Assembly (NCBI GenBank): GCA_963715335.1
Contig: CAVQRZ010000014.1
Span: 1 to 64,000, forward strand
Source of the DNA: an uncultured delta proteobacterium
GTDB lineage: Bacteria; Desulfobacterota; Desulfuromonadia; Desulfuromonadales; BM103
Direction of reading: 5' to 3'
Length of the DNA stretch: 64,000 nt
Below are positions 22,606 to 32,289 of this stretch, in pieces. The position numbers and the translations under genes were made by a program. The notes beneath the pieces were generated by a model. That model was not told the origin of the DNA. It searched no databases and saw only the letters and a list, made by a program, of their open reading frames with translations. Positions within the stretch are counted from its first letter, which is position 1. Each line of letters begins with the position of its first letter.

Positions 22606-23460
22606 ATGGACAGCTCACTTCTATTCAATATCACGACGATCGCCTACTTTGCCGCAATGGTGGTCTTCATTATCTATCTGACCTCCAAAAACGACGCGAT
22701 CGGCTTTGGCGCCACGCTGATCTGCTGGGTCGGCTTCATCGCCAACACCGGCGCGATCGGCATGCGCTGGTACGAGGCCTATGCCCTGGGTTATGAGCAG
22801 GCGCCGCTCTCCAACCTCTACGAGTCGGTGGTCTTCTTCGCCTGGTCGATCCTGCTGATCTACCTGTTGTTTGATCTGAAATACAAGCAGCGTTCGATCG
22901 GCGCCTTTGTTATCCCGTTTGCCTTCGGCGGCATGATCTGGGCACAGTGGAGCCTTGACGCGACGATCGCCCCGCTGGTACCGGCACTGCAGAGCAACTG
23001 GCTGACCTACCACGTCATTACCTGTTTTATCGGCTATGCGGCCTTTGCCCTGGCGTGCGGCGTCTCGATCATGTACCTGATCAAGGTCGGCAAGGAGGAG
23101 AAGTCCGCCGAAGAGTCGCCGATCGGCGGCCTACTCGGGGTCTTCCCCAGCACCAAGGTACTGGACGATCTCAACTACAAGGCGATCATGCTCGGCTTCC
23201 CGATGCTGACGCTCGGCATCATCACCGGTGCGGCCTGGGCCAACTACGCCTGGGGGACTTATTGGAGCTGGGACCCGAAGGAAACCTGGAGCCTGATTGT
23301 CTGGTTCATCTACGCGGCCTTCCTGCATGCCCGCTTCACCCGCGGCTGGGTCGGTCGACGTGCTGCCTGGCTGTCGATCTTCGGTTTTGCCGCGACGATC
23401 TTCTGCTACCTCGGCGTCAACCTGGTCCTCTCGGGCCTGCACTCTTACGGGGGTGGCTAA
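22606..23460 (+). CDS. ccsA: System II cytochrome c synthase (CcsA/ResC)
   Basis: P.SN.YE, PALQS.WL..H, WWD domain WANYAWGTYWSWDPKE and GLHSY. Confidence 0.93.
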   Translation: MDSSLLFNITTIAYFAAMVVFIIYLTSKNDAIGFGATLICWVGFIANTGAIGMRWYEAYALGYEQAPLSNLYESVVFFAWSILLIYLLFDLKYKQRSIGAFVIPFAFGGMIWAQWSLDATIAPLVPALQSNWLTYHVITCFIGYAAFALACGVSIMYLIKVGKEEKSAEESPIGGLLGVFPSTKVLDDLNYKAIMLGFPMLTLGIITGAAWANYAWGTYWSWDPKETWSLIVWFIYAAFLHARFTRGWVGRRAAWLSIFGFAATIFCYLGVNLVLSGLHSYGGG

Positions 23461-23502
23461 TAGGCTGTTGCGCCATGTGAGCGAGGTGCGAAAAAACTGA
23501 AC

Positions 23503-24044
23503 AGCAAGGGGACATGTACTCGTTACGTGTCCCCTTTGCTATTGTCTACTGAAATTCAAAGATAAAATCAAAATCAAAACCCGGGGGTTGCGCCCCCCGA
23601 CTGCGCCTTACTCTTTTGCTGGCCTAAAAGAGTAAGCAGAAAAGGGCCTGCGCTGCGCTGGGCATGTCTGGCTCGGCAGGGCGGCAACCTCAATCCGGAT
23701 GGTTCTAAACGATCAAGAGTCTACGCTTCCCCCACAGGAGCCAAGGCTCTTGAGAGCCTCTCCTGCTGTGGAGGCTTGCAAAGAGTTGTCATGTTTCGTG
23801 GCTTTTCCCTTGTAAGTCACACGGCAAGGTCAGGCCCTTTGACACAGGGCCGGATCCCCATCACAGAAGGTTATTGAAGTCACAGACATCCGGCAGAGGA
23901 GATGCCCTCCGCAAGGAGAAGGCACTTTTGCATACTTTTGTTGCCGGACAAAAGTATGGCGTCGGGCGGGACGCGACCCGCCGGTTTTGCTTTTAAGCAT
24001 TTCAAGAAAAGGAAAGAGGGCAACAGATGAACCCTCTATTACCT
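23503..24044 (+). repeat. Large palindromic dispersed element, copy 3
   Basis: Core colinear with copy 2; left hairpin is agcaaggggacatgta...tacgtgtcccctttgct; right end gggcaacagatgaacc. Confidence 0.92.
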
Positions 24045-24123
24045 TCTCTGTCGCGAAGTCTGGCTAAACTTTGTCAGCAGCCTGATATATAATCGCTCCT
24101 TATTTGAATGAAGGCTTTCTCTC

Positions 24124-24873
24124 ATGACTACTCTGCCTGACGAAACCCTGGATGATCTGACCATCGGTGGCCTGAAGATTCTTCAGGCGAAAAACGGTTA
24201 CCGGTTTTCTCTTGACCCGGTCCTTCTCAACGGGTTCATCTCCGGGGTCAGGGGTTGCAGGGTTCTTGATCTGGGCACGGGCAACGGCATTATCCCTCTG
24301 CTGTTGTCGGCACGCAACGAAGCACTGACAATCGCCGGCGTTGAAGTCCAACAGGAGATGGCAGAACGGGCCGGACGAACAATGGTATTGAACGGGCTGG
24401 AAGGATCAGTGCGGATCATCCCAGGGGATATCCGTGACCTGCCGTTTGCTGGGCTGGAAGCTGCCGCATTTGATGTTGTGACGGCAAACCCACCATACCG
24501 GGCACCCGATACCGGCCGCGTGGCACCTGATGATGAACGGGGCACGGCGCGCCATGAGCTTGCCGGGGGGCTGGACGCCTTTTTACGGGCGGCCGACTCC
24601 ATGCTCAAAAGCGGCGGCAGCTTTTACGTCGTTTACCTCGCAGAGCGCCTTGCCGAACTGCTGACCGGGATGGCTTCGTTCAAGCTTGAACCGAAACGGC
24701 TGCGCTGTGTACACTCCCGTGCGGGGCGACCGGCCGGATTGGTTTTGCTTGAGGGGCGCAAGAACGGCAGGCCGGGCATGAAGGTCGAGTCGCCGTTGGT
24801 CGTTTATAAAGGCGAGGGGCGGGACTATACAGACGAGGTTCTAACCATGTATGGACTCGGAGGTAACAGGTGA
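24124..24873 (+). CDS. tRNA1(Val) adenine-37 N6-methyltransferase family protein
   Basis: GYRFS.D..LL, LDLGTG.G, NPPY and ARHE. Confidence 0.85.
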   Translation: MTTLPDETLDDLTIGGLKILQAKNGYRFSLDPVLLNGFISGVRGCRVLDLGTGNGIIPLLLSARNEALTIAGVEVQQEMAERAGRTMVLNGLEGSVRIIPGDIRDLPFAGLEAAAFDVVTANPPYRAPDTGRVAPDDERGTARHELAGGLDAFLRAADSMLKSGGSFYVVYLAERLAELLTGMASFKLEPKRLRCVHSRAGRPAGLVLLEGRKNGRPGMKVESPLVVYKGEGRDYTDEVLTMYGLGGNR

Positions 24874-24882
24874 GGGTAACCA

Positions 24883-25386
24883 CTAACCACTGGCCGCCTC
24901 CGCCTTCAAAAGTCTCATTTGCTTCTCTAGGAACTTCTCCATCTCATTTTTCAATTCGGGGTCTTTTACGGCTCTCAGTAAATCTTCGACCTGCTTCTTC
25001 TCGCTGTCATCCAGCTTGACCATGCGCCACGCCGGCGGCGGTTCCACCGGTTTGTCGGGATGTACGTTGACCTTGCCACGCTTGAGATAGAGATCTTTGA
25101 TCGTCGCTTTGCCCAGTTCGGCATTCAACTGGGCGAGGATCTTGGGCTTCAGCAGCTGCAATTGTTGCATCCAGGCAGGCTGGTCGACGTTGATTTCCAG
25201 GATATCCTCGCGAATCCTGACCGGGCGGGTGCGGGCGGCGATCTGCGGCCCGACAACGTCGTTCCAGATGATCAGCGCCTTGTACTGGTGCAGGCGTTCG
25301 TCGAGCCCCAACCCTTGCAACAGCTTGTCGACCAGCTCCCCGGCCAGGGCCGGTTCCCGCATTTTCGGGCGACGTGGTTTCCTCAA
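24883..25386 (-). CDS. DUF721 / DciA family protein
   Basis: W..VVG.QIA..T.P..I....L.I.V....WMQQL pattern. Confidence 0.8.
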   Translation of the reverse strand: MRKPRRPKMREPALAGELVDKLLQGLGLDERLHQYKALIIWNDVVGPQIAARTRPVRIREDILEINVDQPAWMQQLQLLKPKILAQLNAELGKATIKDLYLKRGKVNVHPDKPVEPPPAWRMVKLDDSEKKQVEDLLRAVKDPELKNEMEKFLEKQMRLLKAEAASG

Positions 25387-25640
25387 GGATGGCTCCGGCG
25401 ATAGAGGCGGCTACCGATCATCTGTCCGGCGACGGCCAGGGCGATGGAGAAGGGGATCATCTGCCAGCTGATATTGTTGGCGATCCTGAGCCCCACGATA
25501 AAAGGGACGGAGAGATGGATGTAGATGAACCAGCGCACCGAATACCTGGGTGATCCCATGCGTAGGTAGCCCAGGGGGATATTGCTGAAAAGTGCGAAAA
25601 GCAGCAGGCTGATTAAGGCGATACTTATGTTGATGTTCAA
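25383..25640 (-). CDS. Small hypothetical membrane protein
   Basis: Hydrophobic 85 aa with N.P.GY.R and WF..IH.SVP; 4-bp overlap with the DUF721 gene. Confidence 0.7.
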   Translation of the reverse strand: MNINISIALISLLLFALFSNIPLGYLRMGSPRYSVRWFIYIHLSVPFIVGLRIANNISWQMIPFSIALAVAGQMIGSRLYRRSHP

Positions 25641-25985
25641 GGAACTGGCCTTTCGGGAGCGATATTATCTGTTTAGTTTATGCTTTGCGTTTATCGGAAG
25701 TCAATGGTCCGAAATGGGAAGTGGGAGGCGCGAGGCGCGAACAACAAAATCTGCAAGGCAAAACCTTCTTTGGCCAAAGAGCACCTCCGATCGAATCAAA
25801 TTAATGCATTAAAGGGACAAATGGGTTTAGTTCTCTAAGCGAGCTCCGCGCAATGAAGAGGGTTCTTCTCGTCCGCGCGCCACGCACCACTGGTGTTTGA
25901 GGCAAACCAACGGAGAATTCAACAAGTCCGTAGCTCATGATAGACTCCCGAGCTTATTTAACACCCTTTTCACAAGAGGCCACCC

Positions 25986-27341
25986 ATGGATCAGAAACAA
26001 CAGCTATTGCTTGATGCCACCAGGCGGCTGATCCGGCGCGGGGCCTTTCCAAACCTGGCTAAACTGCTTGCCAAGACGCACCCCGCAGACATTGCCCACC
26101 TGTTTCGCTATCTCGACCTCAAGGAGCAGCGGATTCTCTTTAATCTGATCGAGGAGGCGGAGAAGAGCGCTTATGTCCTGGCGGAACTCGACCACGTTGT
26201 CGGGGCCAAGCTCCTCGAACAGCTTGATAAGGAAACGATTACCGAAGTCCTGCAGGAAATGTCTCCGGATGATGCGGCCGACATCATCGGCAACATGCCG
26301 GAAGAGCTGGCCGACCAGATTCTCGATATCATGCACGACGAGGACTCGGAGGAAATCGAACACCTGCTGCAGTACGATGAGGATTCGGCGGGCGGAATCA
26401 TGTCGACCGAGATCTTCTCTCTGAGCGAAGATCTCACGGTCAAGGATGCGATCGAGGCGATCCAGCGGGCCGGCGACGTGGAGATGGTCTTCTATCTCTA
26501 CGTGGTCAACGAGGCCGGGCAACTGGTCGGGGTGCTCTCCCTGAGGCAGTTGCTGACCGTCCCGCCATCGAAAAAACTTTCCGAGATCATGACCCGCGAT
26601 GTCCTGAGCGTGCGCACCGACATGGATCAGGAAGAGGTCGCGCGGATGGTTGAGAAGTACAATATCCTCGCCGTGCCGGTTGTCGATGAGATGAACAGCC
26701 TGAAGGGTATCATCACGGTTGATGATATCATCGACGTTATCCGCCAAGAGGCAACCGAAGATATTTACAAGATGGCGGGTGCCAGCGAGGAGGAACTCCT
26801 CTATGGCAACAAGTCGTTCAAGATCGCCAGGCTCCGCCTGCCATGGCTGCTGGTCAACCTGTTCGGTGGCGTCATCACCGGCTACCTGATGTGGTTGTTC
26901 AAGGTCACTCTCAAGGAAGTGATCGCCCTGATCTCATTCATCCCGGTCATCACCGGCATGGGCGGCAACGTCGGCGGCCAGTCGGCGACGATCATGGTGC
27001 GAGGCTTTGCCACCGGTCGGATCGATTTTACGATGATGCGGGAGGTTTTCTTCAAAGAACTGCGAGTCGGGGTGATTATGGGCATCGTCTGCGGCTTCAC
27101 CGTTGGCCTGGTCGCCTGGGCCTGGCATGGCAACCCCTACCTCGGCATCGTGGTCGGAGTCGCCATGGTGGTGGCGATGGCGGTCGCTTCCTCGATGGGC
27201 GTGATCGCTCCGGCGGCCTTTAAAAAGCTCGGTATCGACCCGGCGATCGCCTCGACTCCATTTGTCCAGACCGCGAATGATATCACCGGCATCCTCATCT
27301 ACTTTGCCACGGCGACGGCGTTTATTTCGTTTTTGCATTAA
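25986..27341 (+). CDS. mgtE: Magnesium transporter MgtE
   Basis: HPADIA, AGGIM, CBS pair, R.PWL, GGN.G.QS and DPA.AS.PF. Confidence 0.95.
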   Translation: MDQKQQLLLDATRRLIRRGAFPNLAKLLAKTHPADIAHLFRYLDLKEQRILFNLIEEAEKSAYVLAELDHVVGAKLLEQLDKETITEVLQEMSPDDAADIIGNMPEELADQILDIMHDEDSEEIEHLLQYDEDSAGGIMSTEIFSLSEDLTVKDAIEAIQRAGDVEMVFYLYVVNEAGQLVGVLSLRQLLTVPPSKKLSEIMTRDVLSVRTDMDQEEVARMVEKYNILAVPVVDEMNSLKGIITVDDIIDVIRQEATEDIYKMAGASEEELLYGNKSFKIARLRLPWLLVNLFGGVITGYLMWLFKVTLKEVIALISFIPVITGMGGNVGGQSATIMVRGFATGRIDFTMMREVFFKELRVGVIMGIVCGFTVGLVAWAWHGNPYLGIVVGVAMVVAMAVASSMGVIAPAAFKKLGIDPAIASTPFVQTANDITGILIYFATATAFISFLH

Positions 27342-27495
27342 CGCTGTGTATACGTATTTATACCAATATACAGCCATACGTTTTTCTGTTACTTAAAACA
27401 TCAGGGAATAATTTATGTAATTTGTGTGTTGATTAAAGATAAGCATTCCCTGAGTTGGAAGAGTCAAAAGAGCGTCGATTGTGGAGTGAGTAACA

Positions 27496-27574
27496 CTCTG
27501 TAAAGGCAAAATCAGGGCAACTTGATGGCGCAAAGCCACGGGTCCTCAACAGAGGATCGTCGGGCTCCCGGGGG
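27496..27574 (+). promoter_or_regulatory. Cyclic di-GMP-I (GEMM) riboswitch
   Basis: aaaggcaaa-atcagg-gcaa-cttgat-ggcgcaaagcc-acgggtcctc-aaca-gaggatcgtcgggc; GNRA-capped P2 and P3 as in GEMM. Confidence 0.8.
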
Positions 27575-27595
27575 GGATAAATAAGATGATTATAC

Positions 27596-27633
27596 AAGCC
27601 ATCCGCGTGCTAAGGGGTGGCTTTATGGTTTTT
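27596..27633 (+). terminator. Possible terminator, expression platform of the GEMM riboswitch
   Basis: aagccatcc...gggtggctt followed by a T-rich tract. Confidence 0.55.
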
Positions 27634-27772
27634 ATGGCCAACAATCGTTAACTCAGACTTTATCCTTTAATATTCGGATTTTTTCAACCTGAAACACATG
27701 TGCTGTCAAAACCTAAAGCATTAACTTTAACCGTCTGCCTGTGGGGAGATATCAACCTCACTCGTAGAATCC

Positions 27773-28135
27773 ATGTTCTGTGCTTATAAAATTATGAACT
27801 CTTTTCAAGCAGATTTATCTGATATCAAATCGGAACTAGAAGCTTATTATGCTGCTGACTTTGATTCAGAGCAGGCCAATGCTGACGAAAGTTCCCGTAT
27901 CAAGATGCGGCTCGACAATTTGATAAACAATGCCAGTAAAGAGTTAGCGACGAAAGAGTTTCTCGAGCTTAAAAATGGAGTTCTTGGCCTGTTTTCAGAG
28001 ATTCCCGGAGGTGTCGAAGATGATGTGCTGTTTTTATCTCTCGTTAGCAGTTTACTTAAAAATGGCGTGTTAACAGAGGCAGAGATCAGCAATGTTTTGG
28101 ATGCGAGCTCTCGCCAACGTTGCGGTAGCACCTAA
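27773..28135 (+). CDS. Hypothetical protein (AT-rich, helical and acidic)
   Basis: 120 aa ORF after the riboswitch, followed by terminator-like agcccaact...agttgggctttt (28146-28175); no family recognised. Confidence 0.55.
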   Translation: MFCAYKIMNSFQADLSDIKSELEAYYAADFDSEQANADESSRIKMRLDNLINNASKELATKEFLELKNGVLGLFSEIPGGVEDDVLFLSLVSSLLKNGVLTEAEISNVLDASSRQRCGST

Positions 28136-28299
28136 CATATTAATTAGCCCAACTCTGCAGGGAAGTTGGGCTTTTAATTTAAAAGTCACAATGAGTAAGA
28201 ATTGAGTGCTTTGGCAAATATGAGGTCTTCAAAAGAATTCGAGAGGATTTAAACACCCCGCCCCCTATTCAGGGGGCGGGACATTTCTCTGGCGCGCAT

Positions 28300-28954
28300 T
28301 TATTTCGGGTATTGTGCGTCAAGTTCAGATTGAATCAAATGTTGCAATTGTCTGTAGCCGAAAACCTGAAGAGGCTTCCCGTTGACGAAGTACCCCGGAG
28401 TCTTCTGAACATTCAACGTTTTTACGTCAGCCATGTCCTGTGCAATAATTTTTGCAATAGCGGGGTCATGCATATCTTTTTTGATTTGCTCGACATCCAC
28501 GCCTGCTCTGGGGAGAAAGCCCCACAATCTTTCCGGCTGATAGTTATGGTGACTGGCCCAGACCCCTTGCGATTTAAACATGACATCCAGGGTTTCCCAG
28601 TATTTCCCTTGCATTCTGGCAGCTTCAAGAATCTTGACAAAGTTATCGGCGCCATCATGGAAAGGGGCGTAGCGAAGAACCAGTTTAATTTTGCCGGGAT
28701 TGGCGGCCATGATCTGTTTGATAAACGGAGCAAAGGCGGCACAGGTTTCACAGGCAGGATCCATAAACTCGACGATAAAGACTTTTGCATCATCGCTGCC
28801 AAGTGTCGGAGAATGGTCTCTGACGAAACAGTTCGGCGTTCTTTTCGGCCATAAAACCAATTTTTTCAGCCTGCTGCCCTTTATAATAAGAGCTGCCGAA
28901 TACAAAGGCCAAAATCAAGATAAGGCATGCAGTACCTACCAGTACGTATTTCAT
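28300..28954 (-). pseudogene. DsbA/BdbD-like thioredoxin-fold oxidoreductase with a +1 frameshift near 28826 (probably a sequencing error)
   Basis: Anchor MKYVLVGTACLILILAF from ATG 28954 (ATGA overlap with dsbB); EF.DPACETC and TP.F.VNG lie in the other frame. Confidence 0.8.
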
Positions 28955-29391
28955 TTGGATGTTCTCCTCTTCAGTACAAGCAACAGAGCTATGATTGTTG
29001 AAAACGCGAAAAAAGAAAGCATTGGTATCGAAACAAAACCAAACAGCTCAATGTATTTTTCTGTGCATGAAACGCCCTTCGAACAGGGCTGGATGCTCTC
29101 GGGGATGATCCCGCCGTACAGCAAGGTATGATAAAAGGCCGTCAACCCGCCGGCTATTGCAAGAGGCAGCGCAAACTTGATAACGCTTTTGTCAAAAGCA
29201 GGGAAAAGCCCGGCCGCTAAAATGAAGATCAACGGAAACAAACATATCCTCTGATACCAACAGAGGACACAGGGTTCATACTCCAGTACAGAACTGAAAA
29301 AGAGACTTATCGTGGTTGACGTACTGACTAAAAACCAGCACAGAAAAAGCAGTGTCCAGTTCGTCTTGGCCGCCTGGTCAGATTGAGACAT
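28951..29391 (-). CDS. dsbB: Disulfide bond formation protein DsbB/BdbC
   Basis: PCVLCWYQRI, a second Cys pair and SIP.LS; four hydrophobic segments. Confidence 0.85.
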   Translation of the reverse strand: MSQSDQAAKTNWTLLFLCWFLVSTSTTISLFFSSVLEYEPCVLCWYQRICLFPLIFILAAGLFPAFDKSVIKFALPLAIAGGLTAFYHTLLYGGIIPESIQPCSKGVSCTEKYIELFGFVSIPMLSFFAFSTIIALLLVLKRRTSK

Positions 29392-29465
29392 ATCTAAAGT
29401 CCTCCAGATTACGGAGCGGGTTGGCACAAATGTCTTGGAAAATGGGGTTGCGTCTCATAAAGGAA

Positions 29466-30215
29466 TTATCCTCGGACCGGAACCCACTGGTAGAAAAACA
29501 TGGTGATTTCGCCCAACATGTTGGACATGAGCATGATCCCGACAGCGATCAGCATCACACCGGTGCAGATCTCGATCAGTCGGATGTACTTACGGAACCG
29601 CTTGAACGCGGACAGGAATTGGTGAAAGAGGAGACCCGAAAGCAAGAAAGGAACACCCAGTCCCATGGAATAGGCTGAAAGCAACCCGATACCTTCACCA
29701 ACCTGGCCGGAAGAAGCTGCCACCACCAGAATCGAGGCGAGAATAGGGCCGATGCAGGGGGTCCACCCCGCCGCAAAGGCGAGACCAACCACGAAAGTCC
29801 CGATAAAACCGCTCGGTTTTTTATGAAGATGGACCCTTTTGTCGCCGAGCAGCACGCCAAAATGAAACAAGCCGGTCATATGAATGCCGAACAGGAGAAT
29901 CAGCAGTCCGCCGATTTTCTCAACCCACTCCAGCCCTTCACGCAGGGAGGCTTCAATCTGACTGGAAGCGATCCCGGCAATAGCACCGAGCAGAATGAAA
30001 ACAGCTGAAAACCCTGCAATGAAGCACAGCGAGTGGCGCAGTACCGTCAGGCGGACCTTGGCAGTAGGATGCGTTTCATCGAGCTGGCTGAAAGACAGTC
30101 CGGTAATGTAGGTCAGGTACGAGGGAATCAGTGGCAGCACACAGGGGGAGGCAAACGATAGAATCCCGGCGGTAAACGCCAGCCAATAGGTGATTTCGGC
30201 AGTTTGTTGCAGCAA
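29466..30215 (-). CDS. ccdA: Cytochrome c biogenesis protein CcdA
   Basis: AG.LSF.SPCVLP.IP.Y and GWTPCIGPIL. Confidence 0.92.
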   Translation of the reverse strand: MLQQTAEITYWLAFTAGILSFASPCVLPLIPSYLTYITGLSFSQLDETHPTAKVRLTVLRHSLCFIAGFSAVFILLGAIAGIASSQIEASLREGLEWVEKIGGLLILLFGIHMTGLFHFGVLLGDKRVHLHKKPSGFIGTFVVGLAFAAGWTPCIGPILASILVVAASSGQVGEGIGLLSAYSMGLGVPFLLSGLLFHQFLSAFKRFRKYIRLIEICTGVMLIAVGIMLMSNMLGEITMFFYQWVPVRG

Positions 30216-30220
30216 TTTGC

Positions 30221-30754
30221 TTATCCTTTGGTCAGTCTCTTGAGGTAGGTAATTGTTTCAACGCTGGACCAGTCGAGTGGGCCAATGATCTTCTCGGCAA
30301 CGGTCCCATCTTTTCGAATGACAAAAGATTCTGGGAACTTGAACACTCCGTAGAGTTTCTGCACGACACCCTCGTCATCGTAAAGGATGGGAAAGGAATA
30401 GGGTGTCTTCTGTAAAAACGCCGGCACAACGCTTCGACCATTCTCTTCGGTATTCACCGCCAGCATGACAAAGTCATCACCAGCCATGACCTCGTTGAGC
30501 CTCTCCATTGAGGGCATTTCCTCGATACATGGCGGGCACCAGGTTGCCCATAAGTTAACCAGGACAACCTTGCCGCGAAAATCTGACAGGGAGACCTTGT
30601 TGCCTTTGGTATCTTCAAGCTGGAAGTCCGGTGCAAGATCACCGGCAACAACCGATTTGACCCATTCACTGGCTGGACGTGGATTGCTTGAGGACACAAG
30701 ATAAACAGAGGCACCGACCAACACGATAACAACAATTAACACCAGACCACGCAT
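30221..30754 (-). CDS. TlpA/ResA-family thiol-disulfide oxidoreductase
   Basis: APDF.L, WATWCPPC.EEMP and N-terminal anchor. Confidence 0.88.
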   Translation of the reverse strand: MRGLVLIVVIVLVGASVYLVSSSNPRPASEWVKSVVAGDLAPDFQLEDTKGNKVSLSDFRGKVVLVNLWATWCPPCIEEMPSMERLNEVMAGDDFVMLAVNTEENGRSVVPAFLQKTPYSFPILYDDEGVVQKLYGVFKFPESFVIRKDGTVAEKIIGPLDWSSVETITYLKRLTKG

Positions 30755-31465
30755 AAGGAACCCTTTTTATCTCTCGATTTATCAACCTGGCCAAAGTCAC
30801 GATTCTTGCGCAATTATGACACAAACGCTGAAGCAAAGTCATCTTCTGGCGCCGGTTGCGTTGACTTGTTGTTCAAAAGACAGCGGATTGTAAATGAATG
30901 GAAGTCCTATCACAATGGGTATGCGCACACATACAATATGCTCATAAGCACAGTGGATGTTAATGACGTCACGATGGATTTTTGCGCGGCACACGCATAG
31001 TTCTCGTCAAGGATTCAATAGCTCAACAACCATTGGTTCCTTGCTATGGCAGGCGGGGCTGAGATAATCTTTTCCAAACCCTTCTAACGAAGTGAACAGG
31101 CTTGCCCCACAGGCAATTAATCTTAGCCGCTCCGAATCACCTTAGAGCCTCTGGTTGGCCACAAAAAAAGTCTGGGGTAAGTTGGTGTGGAAGATATCCT
31201 CCGGCAGCGGAGGAAACCTGTGAAGCTGGTGGCCAGTTATGGTATTCTCGAGGAAATAAGGTCGCCCACGACAGGGCCTTCAATCGGCTTGGTTTATGAC
31301 CAAACAATATCTTGTAAACGGTTGCTTTGTCATGATGACCATGCCACGATACAAACGAAACCGAGATAAGCTTTTGCCTACCATCAGATTCGATCAGGTT
31401 TTATCTGTGGCTAATCATACGAGGTTTTCGATTCTCCATACCTCGCACTTCGCAGCTCACACCTC

Positions 31466-32221
31466 ATGAAATCAGAGGTTTCATCCGCCATCATCCTCCG
31501 CCACACTGACTACGGCGACGCCGACCGGATCGTTACGTTCCTGACTCCGGACCATGGTCGCCTGAAAGGTTTCGCCAGGGCGGCGCGCAAGAGCCGCAAG
31601 CGTTTCGGTGCGGCGTTGGAGCCGCTTGCCGAGGTCCAGATGCATTGGGTTCAGCGTGGTTCCGGCGACCTGGTTAGCCTGCGTGACGCCGATCTGGTCA
31701 AGCTGCGTGCCGGGCTGCGGCGCGATTTGGAAACCCTGACGCTGGCCGGCTATGGTTGCGAGCTGACCGAAGTGCTCTTCGACGATTCGGGGGCGGGGGT
31801 CGAGGTGTTCCGGTTGCTACAGGCGTTTCTGGACCATCTCGACAACGAGGGCTTCTCGGTCGAAGCGCGGTTGCTGCTGGAGATCCGCATGCTTGCCGTA
31901 TCCGGATATACGCCGCACCTGCAGCACTGTGCCGGCTGTTTCGGCCCCTTGCCGGCGGGCCTGGTCGGTTTTTCAGCAGCCCATAACGGCAGTCTCTGCA
32001 CGGCGTGTGATGCTGGACGGGCCACCATCAAAGTGGACAAAATGACGCTCGGCTCTTTCGGCCGGATCCTCGAAACGCCCCTGACCCGTTTCTCCGGTTT
32101 CAAGCTCAGCCCACAGTCTCGACGGGAGGGGCTCGCCCTGCTTAATGACGCTTTGCGATACCATTTGCACAGGCCGTTGAAGAGTCTGGAGATGTTGAAT
32201 CGGTTTAGTCCGGAGGAATAA
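31466..32221 (+). CDS. recO: DNA repair protein RecO
   Basis: DYGDADRIVT.LT...G....AR.A.KS.KRF; C4 zinc finger CAGC...CTAC. Confidence 0.93.
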   Translation: MKSEVSSAIILRHTDYGDADRIVTFLTPDHGRLKGFARAARKSRKRFGAALEPLAEVQMHWVQRGSGDLVSLRDADLVKLRAGLRRDLETLTLAGYGCELTEVLFDDSGAGVEVFRLLQAFLDHLDNEGFSVEARLLLEIRMLAVSGYTPHLQHCAGCFGPLPAGLVGFSAAHNGSLCTACDAGRATIKVDKMTLGSFGRILETPLTRFSGFKLSPQSRREGLALLNDALRYHLHRPLKSLEMLNRFSPEE

Positions 32222-32224
32222 TTC

Positions 32225-32263
32225 GTGGCCACAATACCTTAACTTGTATTGTGGCCACTTTTT
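32225..32263 (+). terminator. Intrinsic terminator after recO
   Basis: gtggccacaatac-cttaactt-gtattgtggccac followed by ttttt. Confidence 0.75.
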
Positions 32264-32289
32264 GGTTTTGACCGCTGACAAATAAAAAA

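Noticed and set aside
25641..25985. M-box riboswitch upstream of mgtE
   Set aside because: The conserved core is not recognisable; only a degenerate heptamer pair is present
30806..31369. Short ORFs and the imperfect palindrome tatgcgca...tgctcata (~30920-30946)
   Set aside because: No RBS or motif support for the ORFs; the operator-like site cannot be assigned from one instance
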